Part shown: piece by piece, positions 9,308 through 18,954 of the stretch
Numbering within the stretch: the first letter of the stretch is position 1
Layout: each line of letters starts with the position of its first letter
NCBI GenBank assembly: GCA_963696825.1
Contig: CAVOLN010000003.1
Coordinates: 45,130-109,129, forward strand
Length of the DNA stretch: 64,000 nucleotides
Direction of reading: 5' to 3'
DNA from: Terriglobia bacterium
GTDB lineage: Bacteria; Acidobacteriota; Terriglobia; Terriglobales; Acidobacteriaceae
The notes under the pieces: generated by a model
What the model was told of the DNA's origin: nothing
Seen by the model: the letters and a program-made list of their open reading frames with translations, nothing else
The model's database searches: none
Program-made: the position numbers and the translations under genes

Positions 9308-9919
9308 GTGCCTATGTTCGACTCAGAGTTAGATCGCGACCATTCTTCGGTGAATGTGAGGCGGCGCGCTTTTCTGGGAGTGTCTGTATCCGCGCTTGCC
9401 GGAGTGGCTTTGTGGTCGCTGCGCAAGCCAAGGCTGATCGAGGCGGCGATGCCGAAGGGCGATCCCGGAGAAGTCACGATTGTGCAATTTTCAGATTCCG
9501 GGCAGCGTTTGCAAAAAGTCCGGGTGCCGAAAGTGGTCAAGAGCGACGACGAGTGGCACAAGCAGCTCTCTCCCGGAGAATTTGATATCACGCGCCGTGC
9601 CGATACTGAAATTGCTTTTAGCGGAAAGTATTGGGATTTGCACGATAAGGGTCTCTACCGCTGCATATGCTGTGACAATGCGCTGTTCAGCTCGGCGACC
9701 AAATTCGATTCTGGCACCGGCTGGCCCAGTTTCTGGGAGCCGATCGCGCCGGAAAATGTGCGCACCATCCGGGACGCAAGTTACGGCATGGTCAGGAACG
9801 CGGTTGCCTGCACCCTGTGTGACGCCCACCTGGGGCACGTCTTCGACGACGGGCCGCAGCCGACGGGCTTGCGATATTGTATGAATTCGGCCTCTCTCAA
9901 ATTCATAAAGCAGGCTTGA
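9308..9919 (+). CDS. msrB: Peptide-methionine (R)-S-oxide reductase with Tat-like signal
   Basis: [15 protein letters not shown] twin-arginine motif, CxxC...CxxC zinc site ([25 protein letters not shown]), GTGWPSFW. Confidence 0.9.
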   Translation: MPMFDSELDRDHSSVNVRRRAFLGVSVSALAGVALWSLRKPRLIEAAMPKGDPGEVTIVQFSDSGQRLQKVRVPKVVKSDDEWHKQLSPGEFDITRRADTEIAFSGKYWDLHDKGLYRCICCDNALFSSATKFDSGTGWPSFWEPIAPENVRTIRDASYGMVRNAVACTLCDAHLGHVFDDGPQPTGLRYCMNSASLKFIKQA

Positions 9920-9947
9920 TATAGCGGTTACTCTGCCGGAGAAAGCC

Positions 9948-10397
9948 ATGAATTCATCCCTTCCGTCTTTTCGCGCGCCCAGCGCCGGCGAGCGTATTTT
10001 CAACCGGGTTTTCGGATTTGTGGTCGGGCTGGGATGGGGCTTTTCGTACAACTATCTGTTGCAAGTTCGCGGCCGCAAGAGCGGCCAGGTTTACTCGACC
10101 CCGATTGATCTGCTGGAACTGAGTGGAAAGCGCTTTCTGGTGGCTCCTCGTGGCCGGACGCAGTGGGTGCGTAACGCGGAGGCGGCAGGAGAAATTACCC
10201 TCAAGCGAGGAAAGCTGCAGCAGAAGTTCAAGCTGCGAGTCCTATCGGATCAGGAGAAGCCGGAAATACTGAAAGGTTATCTGGATCAGTTCAAACGGGA
10301 AGTACAAAGATACTTTCCTGTGCCTGCCGGGTCCCCGGTAGACGCATTTCGAGGTTTGCTCGATAGGTATCCGGCGTTTGAATTGATTCCTGCTTGA
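9948..10397 (+). CDS. Nitroreductase/deazaflavin-dependent oxidoreductase family (DUF385-like) protein
   Basis: 149 aa. The pattern RGRKSGQVYSTPIDLLELSGKRFLVAPRGRTQWVRNAEAAGEITL resembles the split beta-barrel DUF385 family, from my recollection of that family. Confidence 0.55.
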   Translation: MNSSLPSFRAPSAGERIFNRVFGFVVGLGWGFSYNYLLQVRGRKSGQVYSTPIDLLELSGKRFLVAPRGRTQWVRNAEAAGEITLKRGKLQQKFKLRVLSDQEKPEILKGYLDQFKREVQRYFPVPAGSPVDAFRGLLDRYPAFELIPA

Positions 10398-10452
10398 GGG
10401 ATGCAAGTGCCGCTTTTCGCGTGAGGTTCTCGACGGATACTCACCCAAATTA

Positions 10453-10614
10453 TTGTCATCCTGAGGAAGCAGAGCCCTTCGCTGCGCGAAGGGCTTCCGA
10501 CGAAGGACCTGTGCATTCGGACCACGGCGAGTTCTGCGAGCACGCGCAATACATGGGTCCTTTGCTTGCTTCCGCCCTGCTTCGCAGAGCGGAAGACTGC
10601 GCTCAGGATGACAA
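10453..10614. mobile_element. MITE-like palindromic element: two inverted GTCATCCTGAG-type units
   Basis: Terminal inverted repeats ttgtcatcctgag (10453-10465) / ctcaggatgacaa (10602-10614). The left unit has an internal hairpin agcccttcgctgcgcgaagggct followed by cgaaggacc. There is no coding capacity. Confidence 0.6.
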
Positions 10615-10652
10615 CGGTGTGTTGTTTCCGGACGCGCTCTCCAATCCAAAAA

Positions 10653-11423
10653 TTATTCCAGCACTTTGTCGTCCAGCTTTTTTCTTCCCCAGTCGGCCGC
10701 GGCCTGAACGAACGCCATGACCACTGGATGGGGTTTGCCGGGCTGGGAAGAAAGCTGGGGCTGGAACAGGGTTGCGACGTAAAAGCGGTGAGTGGGGGAT
10801 TCGATTGCGCGAACCTCTCCCAGCGGGCCGCGAGCGACCACGGGGAAGCCTGCTTCCATGGCAGCCCATTCGTATTCGGGATTGACTTCGAAGTTGCAGA
10901 AGAATTCTTCGGTGACGGTGTCCTGCCCGTAGAAGGACTGCAGGTACGATCCGGGGCGCAGCCGGATTTCGGGGATCGAACCGGAAAGCTTGGGCGCACC
11001 CTTGGCGCGAGTGGGGACGGCGCAAGCGACCGGATAGATGACGATATTTTTTGATCCGGAATTGTTCTCCGCGGTATCCGCGTCTTTGATCCCCAGCACG
11101 TTACGCACGCACTCGATCAGTGCGTACTGGAAGCCGCCACAGGTACCGAGGAAAGGCCAGTCGCGTGTCCGGGCGAATTCGATGCCTTTCAGCATGCCGT
11201 CCAGACTCTTGTAGGGACTGCCCGGCGCGGCCCAGAGCCCATCAAAACTTTCCAGTTTCTTCTCGGCGCCGGGCGCAAGCACGCTGGCGGTCGCGATCCA
11301 CTCCGCTTCGACCGGTGTGTTCAGTTGGGCGGAGACATGCTGCAATGACTTTTCGACAGCGGGAAGGGTCGGAGACTTCGGATCGTAGTCCCCGAGAATT
11401 CCTATGCGGACGGGATCGCTCAC
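10653..11423 (-). CDS. Stand-alone class-I glutamine amidotransferase, CTP-synthase C-terminal-domain-like
   Basis: 256 aa. GTCGGFQ nucleophile elbow and an FQPQ-type C-terminal region (ATLFQPQLSS) typical of the PyrG GATase domain. Confidence 0.7.
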   Translation of the reverse strand: MSDPVRIGILGDYDPKSPTLPAVEKSLQHVSAQLNTPVEAEWIATASVLAPGAEKKLESFDGLWAAPGSPYKSLDGMLKGIEFARTRDWPFLGTCGGFQYALIECVRNVLGIKDADTAENNSGSKNIVIYPVACAVPTRAKGAPKLSGSIPEIRLRPGSYLQSFYGQDTVTEEFFCNFEVNPEYEWAAMEAGFPVVARGPLGEVRAIESPTHRFYVATLFQPQLSSQPGKPHPVVMAFVQAAADWGRKKLDDKVLE

Positions 11424-11508
11424 TGGGCCATTTTATATGGAGAGTTCGGGAACCGCGGCAACGGGAGGTGAGAAGGCTGGTGCCGCTGGGGCCAGCAAGA
11501 ACCATTAA

Positions 11509-11577
11509 CTACCAAGGACACGAAGGATCACAAAGGAATCTGAAATCCTTCGTGAAACTTCGTGTCCCTGGTGGTTG
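11509..11577. repeat. Inverted repeat (hairpin), CACRRAGGA 9-mer dialect (J)
   Basis: accaaggacacgaaggatcacaaaggaat...tccttcgtgaaacttcgtgtccctggtgg, located between the kynU stop and the GATase start. Confidence 0.7.
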
Positions 11578-11600
11578 ATGCTTTTTCCTGCGTGGCACGC

Positions 11601-12770
11601 CTACACCTTTGATGCTACCGGGCGCACTCTCAGGATTTCATCGACCGCTGTGATCGCGGTCTTGAGCTCTTCATCTCTCGTGTAGAAATGCGGAGCCATG
11701 CGCACGCCGGCTTTGGGTCGATAGTCGACCAAAATGTCGCGCTTGAGGAGTTCGCGGCAGACCTGTTCGGCTTCCGGCATTTCGATGGAAACGGTTCCTC
11801 CGCGCTCCCCTGCTTTCCTGGGCGTATTTACGCGCCATCCGTGCTGTTCCGCCATGGCGATCAAGCGGGAAGTTTGCCGCTGCGATTTTTCTCGAATTCT
11901 CGCAATGCCTATTTCGGCGATGATCTTCAGTCCGGGGCGGGCCGCTTCCAGCGATGGAATGTGTGACGTGCCGTTCATGAAGCGGAATGGGGGCTCGGCG
12001 TAACGCGTCGGCCCCACCTCGAATCCGAACGCGTTCTGGTGCGCGAACCAGCCCGTGAATTTCGGCTGCAGCACCTTCCCGAGATCCGGACGAACATAGA
12101 GATAGGCCACCCCCGGGCCGCCGCACAGCCATTTCAAAACACCCCCACAGGCGAAATCGACGTTCAACGCTTGCACATTCACCGGCACCGTGCCTAAGGA
12201 TTGAAAGGTATCAAGCACCACATGGGCGCCTACTTTGTGGGCCTTTTCGATGATGGCTTTCGCATCCTGGATGTAGGAGCTGCGGAAGATTACGTGCGAG
12301 ACCGGAACCAGCAGGGTCTGTTCATCGATAGCGTCCAGCAACCTGTCGAGAGGAACGGTGATCCCGTCGTCCGTCTTTACCATGTGCACGCGAGCGCCGT
12401 AGGCCTGTTGCGCCTCCCAGAAATACATCACGGAAGGGAAATTCATGTCGCTGTATACGACTTTGTTGCGCTTGCCGGAGAAATCAAAACAGGAAGCCAC
12501 CACGGCTTGGCAGGTGGTGACATTCTGATGGGTCGAAACTGAACTTGCAGGCGCGTTCATCAGGGCGCCAATCTCGTCGCCGACCTGCGCGGCCAGCATC
12601 CACCAGCGTTCTTCCCAGGCACGCACGCCGCGCGTCGCCCAGGTGTCGGCATAGCCTTTCAGGGCGTCATAGACGCCTTTCGGCATCGCGCCCAGCGAAT
12701 TGCTGATGAGATAGGTGGTGCGCTCCAGAATGGGGAAGTTTGAACGATAGCGGAAAAGCTCATCGGCCAT
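11601..12770 (-). CDS. kynU: Kynureninase-family PLP-dependent enzyme (class V aminotransferase fold)
   Basis: Start chosen at MADELFRYRSNFPILERTTYLISNSLGAMP. Has the DFACGGVLKWLCGGPG lysine region and FYTRDEEL near the C-terminus. The ORF track extends to 13091 but that upstream part is not protein-like. Confidence 0.75.
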   Translation of the reverse strand: MADELFRYRSNFPILERTTYLISNSLGAMPKGVYDALKGYADTWATRGVRAWEERWWMLAAQVGDEIGALMNAPASSVSTHQNVTTCQAVVASCFDFSGKRNKVVYSDMNFPSVMYFWEAQQAYGARVHMVKTDDGITVPLDRLLDAIDEQTLLVPVSHVIFRSSYIQDAKAIIEKAHKVGAHVVLDTFQSLGTVPVNVQALNVDFACGGVLKWLCGGPGVAYLYVRPDLGKVLQPKFTGWFAHQNAFGFEVGPTRYAEPPFRFMNGTSHIPSLEAARPGLKIIAEIGIARIREKSQRQTSRLIAMAEQHGWRVNTPRKAGERGGTVSIEMPEAEQVCRELLKRDILVDYRPKAGVRMAPHFYTRDEELKTAITAVDEILRVRPVASKV

Positions 12771-12905
12771 ATGATGTATTGTACTGTGCGTCCGGGCTTG
12801 TATACTTCGGCAGGATGAGCAAATCAGTCCGACAACTCCGCGGCATCTCAGCGCATCCAAAGTTTGAATTTTAAGCGTGTCTTTGTATTTTTGGACAGGA
12901 GAGCA

Positions 12906-13025
12906 ATGATAGCCATGAAAGCAATCAGAAACATTCTGGGCACGGCGGGCCTGCTTTACGCGGGGTATGTGATCCTCATGAGCGTGAAAGATGTTCGCCG
13001 CTACATTCGAATCAGCACAATGTAA
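12906..13025 (+). CDS. Small membrane protein (39 aa), not in the ORF track
   Basis: AGGAGA at 12896-12901, then ATG. MIAMKAIRNILGTAGLLYAGYVILMSVKDVRRYIRISTM has one TM helix plus a basic ...RRYIRISTM tail. It resembles a short conserved family ending ...RYL(K/R)IRSM, from memory and unverified. Confidence 0.45.
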   Translation: MIAMKAIRNILGTAGLLYAGYVILMSVKDVRRYIRISTM

Positions 13026-13030
13026 TAGTG

Positions 13031-13117
13031 GCAGTTTGGGGTGGTGGACATACTGAAAGCGGTCTGCAGTCTTCAGTCGCAGGCAAATCAAACCACCGAC
13101 GAACGACGACTAAACTG
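13031..13117. repeat. Imperfect inverted repeat, GTCGTCR-like dialect
   Basis: cagtttggggtggtgg ... ctgcagtcttcagtcgcagg ... ccaccgacgaacgacgactaaactg, located between the convergent small ORF and the permease. Confidence 0.4.
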
Positions 13118-13136
13118 TCCGGCGCACAGATGAGAA

Positions 13137-14477
13137 TTACTTTTTCTTCAGCATGAAATAGGCTGCGGTCAGGACCACTATATAAAGAGCGCCGCTGATC
13201 AGCGTCAGATGAGACTGCCACACCAGCTCCAGCAGAGCCACAACGATCAGCACAAAACCCAGTGACGAGCCCCAGGCGCCGAACGGTGAGCGCATCGGCA
13301 GGGCCGCGAGCTCGACTGCTGAAGCCTTCCGCCGAAATTTGACGTGAGCGGCTAAAGATACCAGCCAGGCCAGAAGGATCCCCACCAGCGCCGCATTCAG
13401 GATAGAGACGAATGCGTCCTTCGGGGCCCATTTTTCAAGTAGCAGAGCGACCACAATCCCGTAGGACGAGGCCAGCAGCGCTAATCGCGGCGACCCGGCG
13501 CGGTTGAGACGGCCCAGAACTGCGGGCGCCCATCCGGTCCGCGCCAGCGAAAACAAAACTCGCGAAGCCGCATAGAGTGCGGCATTCGCTCCGGACAGCG
13601 CCGCACTGAGGATCACAAACGTCATGATGTGCGAAGCTGCAGGGATATGAGCGTCGCGGAACACGGTGACAAACGGGCTCTCAGTGACTCCCGCGCGATT
13701 CCAGGGCATAACGCCTACTAATACGACGATCGCTCCCAGGTAGACGCACGCTAGAATCGCGAAAGTCAGCTTTGTGGCGCGAGGAATCTGGTCGACCGAA
13801 CGTGATTCTCCGGTGGTGACGGCCACGAACTCAATCCCTGCGAAGGTATAAATCGCGAAACCGCTGGCCAATAAAGGCGCCAGCAGACCGTTTGGCAAAA
13901 ACCCGCCCTGCGTCGTGTACTGGGGCGCCACACGGCCGCCCAGTAACAGCGCCGCTCCGAGAGCAATGAAAGCCAGAATGGTCACCACCTTGATCATCGC
14001 GAACCAGTATTCGAAGCGCGCATAGTGTTCAACACTGCGCAGATTGATGAGCAAGAGCAGAGCCGAAAAAATCACCACCCAGAACAATGCCGGGACCGAG
14101 GGAAACCAAAAGGCAAGATAGGTGGCGGATGCCACCAGTTCCGCTCCGATTGAAATGGAAAGGCCTACCCAGTAGGCGGCACGAGCGATAAAACCTGCCC
14201 ACTGGTTGAGATAAGCATCGCCGTAAACTCCGAACGATCCAGCGCCGGGATGCATGCTGGAGAGTTCGCCCAGCGCCATGGTCATAGTCAAGGTGATAAA
14301 GGCGGCCAGAGCGAAACTGAGGATCACGCCCGGGCCGGCGATTTCGAGCGCCGCCGCCGAGCCCAGCATCAGGCCGGTGCCGATTGACCCGCCGACTGCG
14401 ACCATCGCCATCTGACCGGCGCTTAACTGGTGATGAAGCCCGTGTTCATGGTCCACTCTATCGGCCGCAGGCATCAC
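13137..14477 (-). CDS. Amino acid permease (APC superfamily)
   Basis: 446 aa with about 12 hydrophobic segments. N-terminal motif QLSAGQMAMVAVGGSIGTGLMLGS is typical of the AAT/APC family. Confidence 0.85.
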   Translation of the reverse strand: MMPAADRVDHEHGLHHQLSAGQMAMVAVGGSIGTGLMLGSAAALEIAGPGVILSFALAAFITLTMTMALGELSSMHPGAGSFGVYGDAYLNQWAGFIARAAYWVGLSISIGAELVASATYLAFWFPSVPALFWVVIFSALLLLINLRSVEHYARFEYWFAMIKVVTILAFIALGAALLLGGRVAPQYTTQGGFLPNGLLAPLLASGFAIYTFAGIEFVAVTTGESRSVDQIPRATKLTFAILACVYLGAIVVLVGVMPWNRAGVTESPFVTVFRDAHIPAASHIMTFVILSAALSGANAALYAASRVLFSLARTGWAPAVLGRLNRAGSPRLALLASSYGIVVALLLEKWAPKDAFVSILNAALVGILLAWLVSLAAHVKFRRKASAVELAALPMRSPFGAWGSSLGFVLIVVALLELVWQSHLTLISGALYIVVLTAAYFMLKKK

Positions 14478-14617
14478 GCACCTATACCAGAAAGTCTTTT
14501 CTCGCCAAAGGCATATTCTTTTTGTGACTTTGGTAATCCCGACGTGTGCCTACTTCGTTGCCGCCCCGGAAACCGGATTCTAAAATCGCAGTGGGTTACT
14601 CCGCACATTACCCTCTC

Positions 14618-17198
14618 ATGGCCGATCCGACCAAGCGCATGGACAGAACCGAGATTGCCCGACGCGTCGAACGCGCGGAAAAGCTTTTGCAGAAGGGCAA
14701 AACCGGCGATGCCTTGGACGAGTACATGGAAGTCCTTGCCGGGGATCCCCAGAACGACAATGTGCGCCAGATGGCGGCCGATCTTTGCCTGTCGCTGCAG
14801 CGCACCGCCGAAGCGGTTGCGTTGCTGGGCGACTTGTTCGAACGCCAGATCGAAGCTGGAGAAAATTCCCGCGCCAGCTTGACCTACAAGAAGTTAGCCC
14901 GGTACACCACTCCGACTAGCATGCAGCGAATCCGCTTCGGACAAATCCTTGAAACTTCGAACCGGAAGCTGGCTCTGGAGACCTACGAGAGCGCCCTCGA
15001 AGACCTGTCCAAGAATGGACGTCCACAGGATTGTCTGATTGTGCTGAAGCGGTTGGTGGCCTTGGAGCCGGGTCGAACAGAACCTGCTGCGCCTGGGCGA
15101 ACTTTCATCTCAGGCAGGCGACAAAGCGGGGGCGGCAGCCGCCTTCCTCAAGCTGGCGGCGATGACCGAAGCCTCCGGCGGCAATGCAGCGCAGTTGTAC
15201 GAGCGAGCCTATGCGGAAGATCCCGCCGACATCCAGATCGCCCTGGGATACGGAAAAAGTCTGATTGCGCAGGGCCAGGTCGGGGCGGCGATCTTTGTCC
15301 TGGAACCACTGGCCAAGGCCGAGGGCGCGACCCCGGAAACGCGCGAAAGCTACACCAAAGCTTTGCTATCCGCAAATCGCCTGAGCGACGCGGAGCCGCT
15401 GGTCTGGCAGTTGTTTCAGCAAAACCCGTCACGCCAGCAGGAGGTTGTCGATCTCATTGGTCTGTTCGTCGAGGCGCATCAGGATGCCGAGGCCGTAGCC
15501 CTGGCCCGCAAGCTGGAACAATCCCAGCGCAATCGCGGCGACCGACGTGCCTTTGTGGCGATGCTGCAGGACATCGCGGCCAAACACAGGAATTCACCCG
15601 AGCTGCTTGAGTTCATGAGCGAGCTGTTCAACGCCTCCAATCGGGAAGGGGACTATTGCCAGACTCTGCTCAAACTCTTCGATCTGCATTGCGGCATGGG
15701 AAATTTTGCCAAGGCTGCCGAATGTCTGGACCGGGCGGCGGACGTCGACGTCTACGAGCCCGGCCATCAGAAGCGCCTGGAAATGCTGCGCGGAAAAATC
15801 GATGAGAACCGGTTCCGGGTGATTGCTTCGCGCTTCACCAGCATGGCGAAACCTGCCGAGCCAGCTAAGACAGAAGGGCCCACCCTGGGCGCGGCGGCTC
15901 TGCAGGATCTGATGTTGCAGGCGGAAATCCTGGTGCAGTACGGCATGCGCTCCAAGGCGATTGAACGCTTGCAGCGCATTCAGGAGCTTTTCCCGCGCGA
16001 AGAGGAACGCAATCAGGATCTGCAGCAGTTGTATCTGGCGGCGGGAATGACCACGCAACGTCCTGACGTTCCGCCGCCCAGCTCCGATAGCGCGGCAAGG
16101 GGACGAAAGGCCAGTCGGCGGCAGCCTCCCGCTCCGGCGCGCACCACACAGGCTGACTCCGCTGACGTCAACAGTTTCACCAAAGTCGCGGAAATCACTC
16201 GCAAGCTCTACCGCCAGACCAATGCCGACTGCGGTGATGACGACGGCGGTCAACGAAATCGGAGCGCAGTGGAAGTTGAGCCGCTGCATACTTGCCATGC
16301 GCAAGCCGGGAATGGTGCCCAGTTCGGTCAAGGAATACAAGCCGCGAAGAAATAAAGAGCGGTGAAGCAAAAAGTCTAAGCCATCTGGTAACGGTGGTGC
16401 AGGACATCGTCGTCAGCCTGGGCACATTGACGATCGCGGATGCTTCGGCGCGCGCCCGAGTTGCAGGAGGTTCGCGAAGTCGTCGCCGAACTGGGCATCG
16501 CTTCGCTTCTGGCCCTGCCGCTTAACGATGGCGAAGATCAGATGGGAGTGCTCGTGCTTATTCAAAACACTCCGCGGGGCTGGCATTCCGGCGATATCGT
16601 GGTGCTCAAGACCATCACCGAGCAGATTGTGATTGCGCTGAACAATGCCGGTCTGCGCCGCTTGGTGAAGAGCCTCTCCGTCACCGACGAGCAGTCAGGA
16701 CTGCTCAAGCGTGCTTCCTACATCGATCTGTTGATGGCAGAGACCCGGCGCGCAGTGCAGCAGAGCACTCCGATGACGGTGGCGCTCCTGCAGTTCGGAA
16801 AGAGCTCGGCGATGTTGAAAGAGCACGGAGAAAAAGCCGTCGAAGCCGCCATGCAGAAGATCGGCCAGCTCTTCGCCGCCAACATCCGTCAGAACGATCT
16901 CGCCTTCCGTTACGAGATGACGACGATCGCGCTGGTTCTGGGAGAGACCTTGGAAAAAGAAGCGCTGATGGCGGTGGAAAAATTGCGCAAGCTGCTGGTG
17001 GAAGTGAAGCTGTCAGACGAGATTCTGCCCTTCAGCGCAGGCCTGGCCGAAGCCGTGGTGCGCCAGCAGTTCGATCCCGTCGACATCGTCACCGAGGTCA
17101 TCAATCGCGCCGACATGGCGCTGGAAGCAGCCGTCGCCCAGGGAATGGGACGGATCGTTTGCCAACCCCCGTCCATCGCCGCCGCCGCTGTAGCATAA
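14618..17198 (+). CDS. TPR-repeat / GAF / degenerate GGDEF-domain signalling protein; four apparent frameshifts (~15075, ~16215, ~16335, ~16445)
   Basis: TPR-like N-terminal half. GAF-like AVMTTAVNEIGAQWKLSRCILAM...GVLVLIQNTPRGW. GGDEF-fold C-terminus with RYEMTT in place of RxGGDEF. The pieces lie in successive frames. Confidence 0.7.
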
Positions 17199-17228
17199 AT
17201 GCCTTCAGAGTTTTCCTGGCACCCTTCG

Positions 17229-17262
17229 CGGGTCCTCTTTGCGCTCTTTGCGTCCTGTGCGG
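17229..17262. repeat. Short tandem 9-mer tract (TCTTTGCGY)
   Basis: gggtcctctttgcgctctttgcgtcctgtgcggtt, upstream of hbd. Confidence 0.4.
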
Positions 17263-17355
17263 TTAAGAGGTTTTGAAGAAGGCCGGCAAGGCAAACGATG
17301 CCAGGCCGGGCCCTGTGGCAGAGACCGCATTCCCGCTGATAAACTCACAACTCTT

Positions 17356-18234
17356 ATGGAAATCAGAAAAGTTGGAGTGCTGGGCTGCGGCCTCATGGGT
17401 GCCGGCATCGCGCAGGTTGCAGCCACGGCGGGCTTCGAGGTCGCGGTTCTAGAAGTGGACCAGAAATATCTCGACAAAGGTTTTGCCGTCATCGAAAAGT
17501 CGCTGGCCAGGTTCGCCGAAAAGGGCACCATCAAAGAAACGCCGCAAGCCATCCGCTCTCGCCTGAAGGGCACAACCAACCAGCAAGATCTGGCCGATTG
17601 CGACATCATCATCGAAGCCGTGATCGAAAACGTCGACGAAAAGAAAAAGATGTACACCGCGCTCGATGGCATTGTGAAGAAGGACGCGATTTTTGCCTCC
17701 AATACTTCATCGATTTCGATTACTGAACTTCTGACCTCGACCAAACGCCCGGAGCGTTTCATCGGGCTGCACTTCTTTAATCCCGTGCCGTTGATGAAGT
17801 TGGTTGAAGTCGTGCGCACCATCGCCACCGACGCCGATGTCTACGACACCGCGTACGAATTTGCCAGGAAGCTGGGCAAGGTTCCAGTCCGTACCAGCGA
17901 CAAGACAGGATTCATCGTGAACCGTCTGCTGGTGCCCTACCTTCTCGACGCGATCCGCGCCTACGAGGAAGGTGTAGGCTCCATCGACGACATCGACAAC
18001 GCGATGAAATTGGGCTGCGGCTATCCCATGGGACCGTTCACCTTACTGGATTTTGTCGGCTTGGACACCACTTACTACATTACGCAAGTGATGTATGACG
18101 AGTTCAAGGAACGCCGTTTCGCCTCGCCACCGTTGCTGAAGCGTCTGGTGATGGCTGGCTGGTACGGGCGGAAGTCGGGCAAGGGGTTTTACGATTATGC
18201 GGACCCGAATAACCCTAAACCGAACAAGCTGTAA
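17356..18234 (+). CDS. hbd: 3-hydroxyacyl-CoA / 3-hydroxybutyryl-CoA dehydrogenase
   Basis: MEIRKVGVLGCGLMGAGIAQV Rossmann motif; the FFNPVPLMKLVE and GFIVNRLLVPYL motifs are conserved. Confidence 0.9.
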   Translation: MEIRKVGVLGCGLMGAGIAQVAATAGFEVAVLEVDQKYLDKGFAVIEKSLARFAEKGTIKETPQAIRSRLKGTTNQQDLADCDIIIEAVIENVDEKKKMYTALDGIVKKDAIFASNTSSISITELLTSTKRPERFIGLHFFNPVPLMKLVEVVRTIATDADVYDTAYEFARKLGKVPVRTSDKTGFIVNRLLVPYLLDAIRAYEEGVGSIDDIDNAMKLGCGYPMGPFTLLDFVGLDTTYYITQVMYDEFKERRFASPPLLKRLVMAGWYGRKSGKGFYDYADPNNPKPNKL

Positions 18235-18240
18235 ACTTCT

Positions 18241-18272
18241 GGCCACGGATTTACGCGGATCAACACGGATCG
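18241..18272. repeat. Tandem ~10-mer tract (CACGGATNNN x3)
   Basis: ggccacggatttacgcggatcaacacggatcgg, directly after the hbd stop. Confidence 0.5.
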
Positions 18273-18318
18273 GTTCTTCCTGTGACAAGATTGCAGTATT
18301 GCTGTTCGGCATAAGACA

Positions 18319-18873
18319 TTGAAACTTTCGTCCAAACTAAGATCCAAGGTGCTCGAGGGCAAACTCAACGCGGGCGGGAAGGGCTACGCAATCGTTGTCT
18401 CCCGCTTCAATGCCTTTATCACTGATCGGCTGTTGCAAAGCGCACACGATGGGCTGATGCAATGCGGTGCCGAAGCCAACGACATCAAAATCGTTCGCGT
18501 CCCGGGCGCTTTTGAAATCCCGTCCGCCGCCCGCACGCTTGCCGAAACCAAAAAGTACGACGCCATCATCTGCCTGGGATGCCTGTTGCGCGGCGATACC
18601 GCGCATTACGACGTCATCGTCAACGAAGTCACGCGTGGCATTGGACAATCCGCGCAAGAGACGGGCGTGCCGCACGCTTTTGGCGTTCTCACTTGCGACA
18701 CCCTGGAACAAGCCATCGATCGCGCCGGCCTGAAGATGGGCAACAAGGGTTTCGAAGCTGCGCTGGCGGCGGTGGAGATGGCGAATCTGAAGTTAGTCGT
18801 CGGTCGTCAGTCGTCAGTCGTTGGCAAGATCTCCAAGCAGAAATCGAATTCCACGAAGACCAAGTCCCGATAG
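18319..18873 (+). CDS. ribH: 6,7-dimethyl-8-ribityllumazine synthase; 3' tail read through a repeat arm
   Basis: GKGYAIVVSRFNAFITDRLL...VPGAFEIP...HYDVIVNEVTRG...FGVLTCDT. TTG start. The tail VVGRQSSVVGKISKQ... is encoded by agtcgtcggtcgtcagtcgtcag. Confidence 0.9.
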   Translation: MKLSSKLRSKVLEGKLNAGGKGYAIVVSRFNAFITDRLLQSAHDGLMQCGAEANDIKIVRVPGAFEIPSAARTLAETKKYDAIICLGCLLRGDTAHYDVIVNEVTRGIGQSAQETGVPHAFGVLTCDTLEQAIDRAGLKMGNKGFEAALAAVEMANLKLVVGRQSSVVGKISKQKSNSTKTKSR

Positions 18874-18950
18874 AAGCGCCATCCTCTTTCCGAAATCCAC
18901 TCCTGCTGTAGACTGAATCCTGACGACTGAAGACCGACGACTGACGACTG
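18795..18950. repeat. Inverted repeat, GTCGTCR dialect (A/A'), bridging ribH 3' end to nusB start
   Basis: Left arm 18795-18824 agtcgtcggtcgtcagtcgtcagtcgttgg; right arm 18919-18950 cctgacgactgaagaccgacgactgacgactg. The nusB ATG is 4 nt later. Confidence 0.75.
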
Positions 18951-18954
18951 CTCC

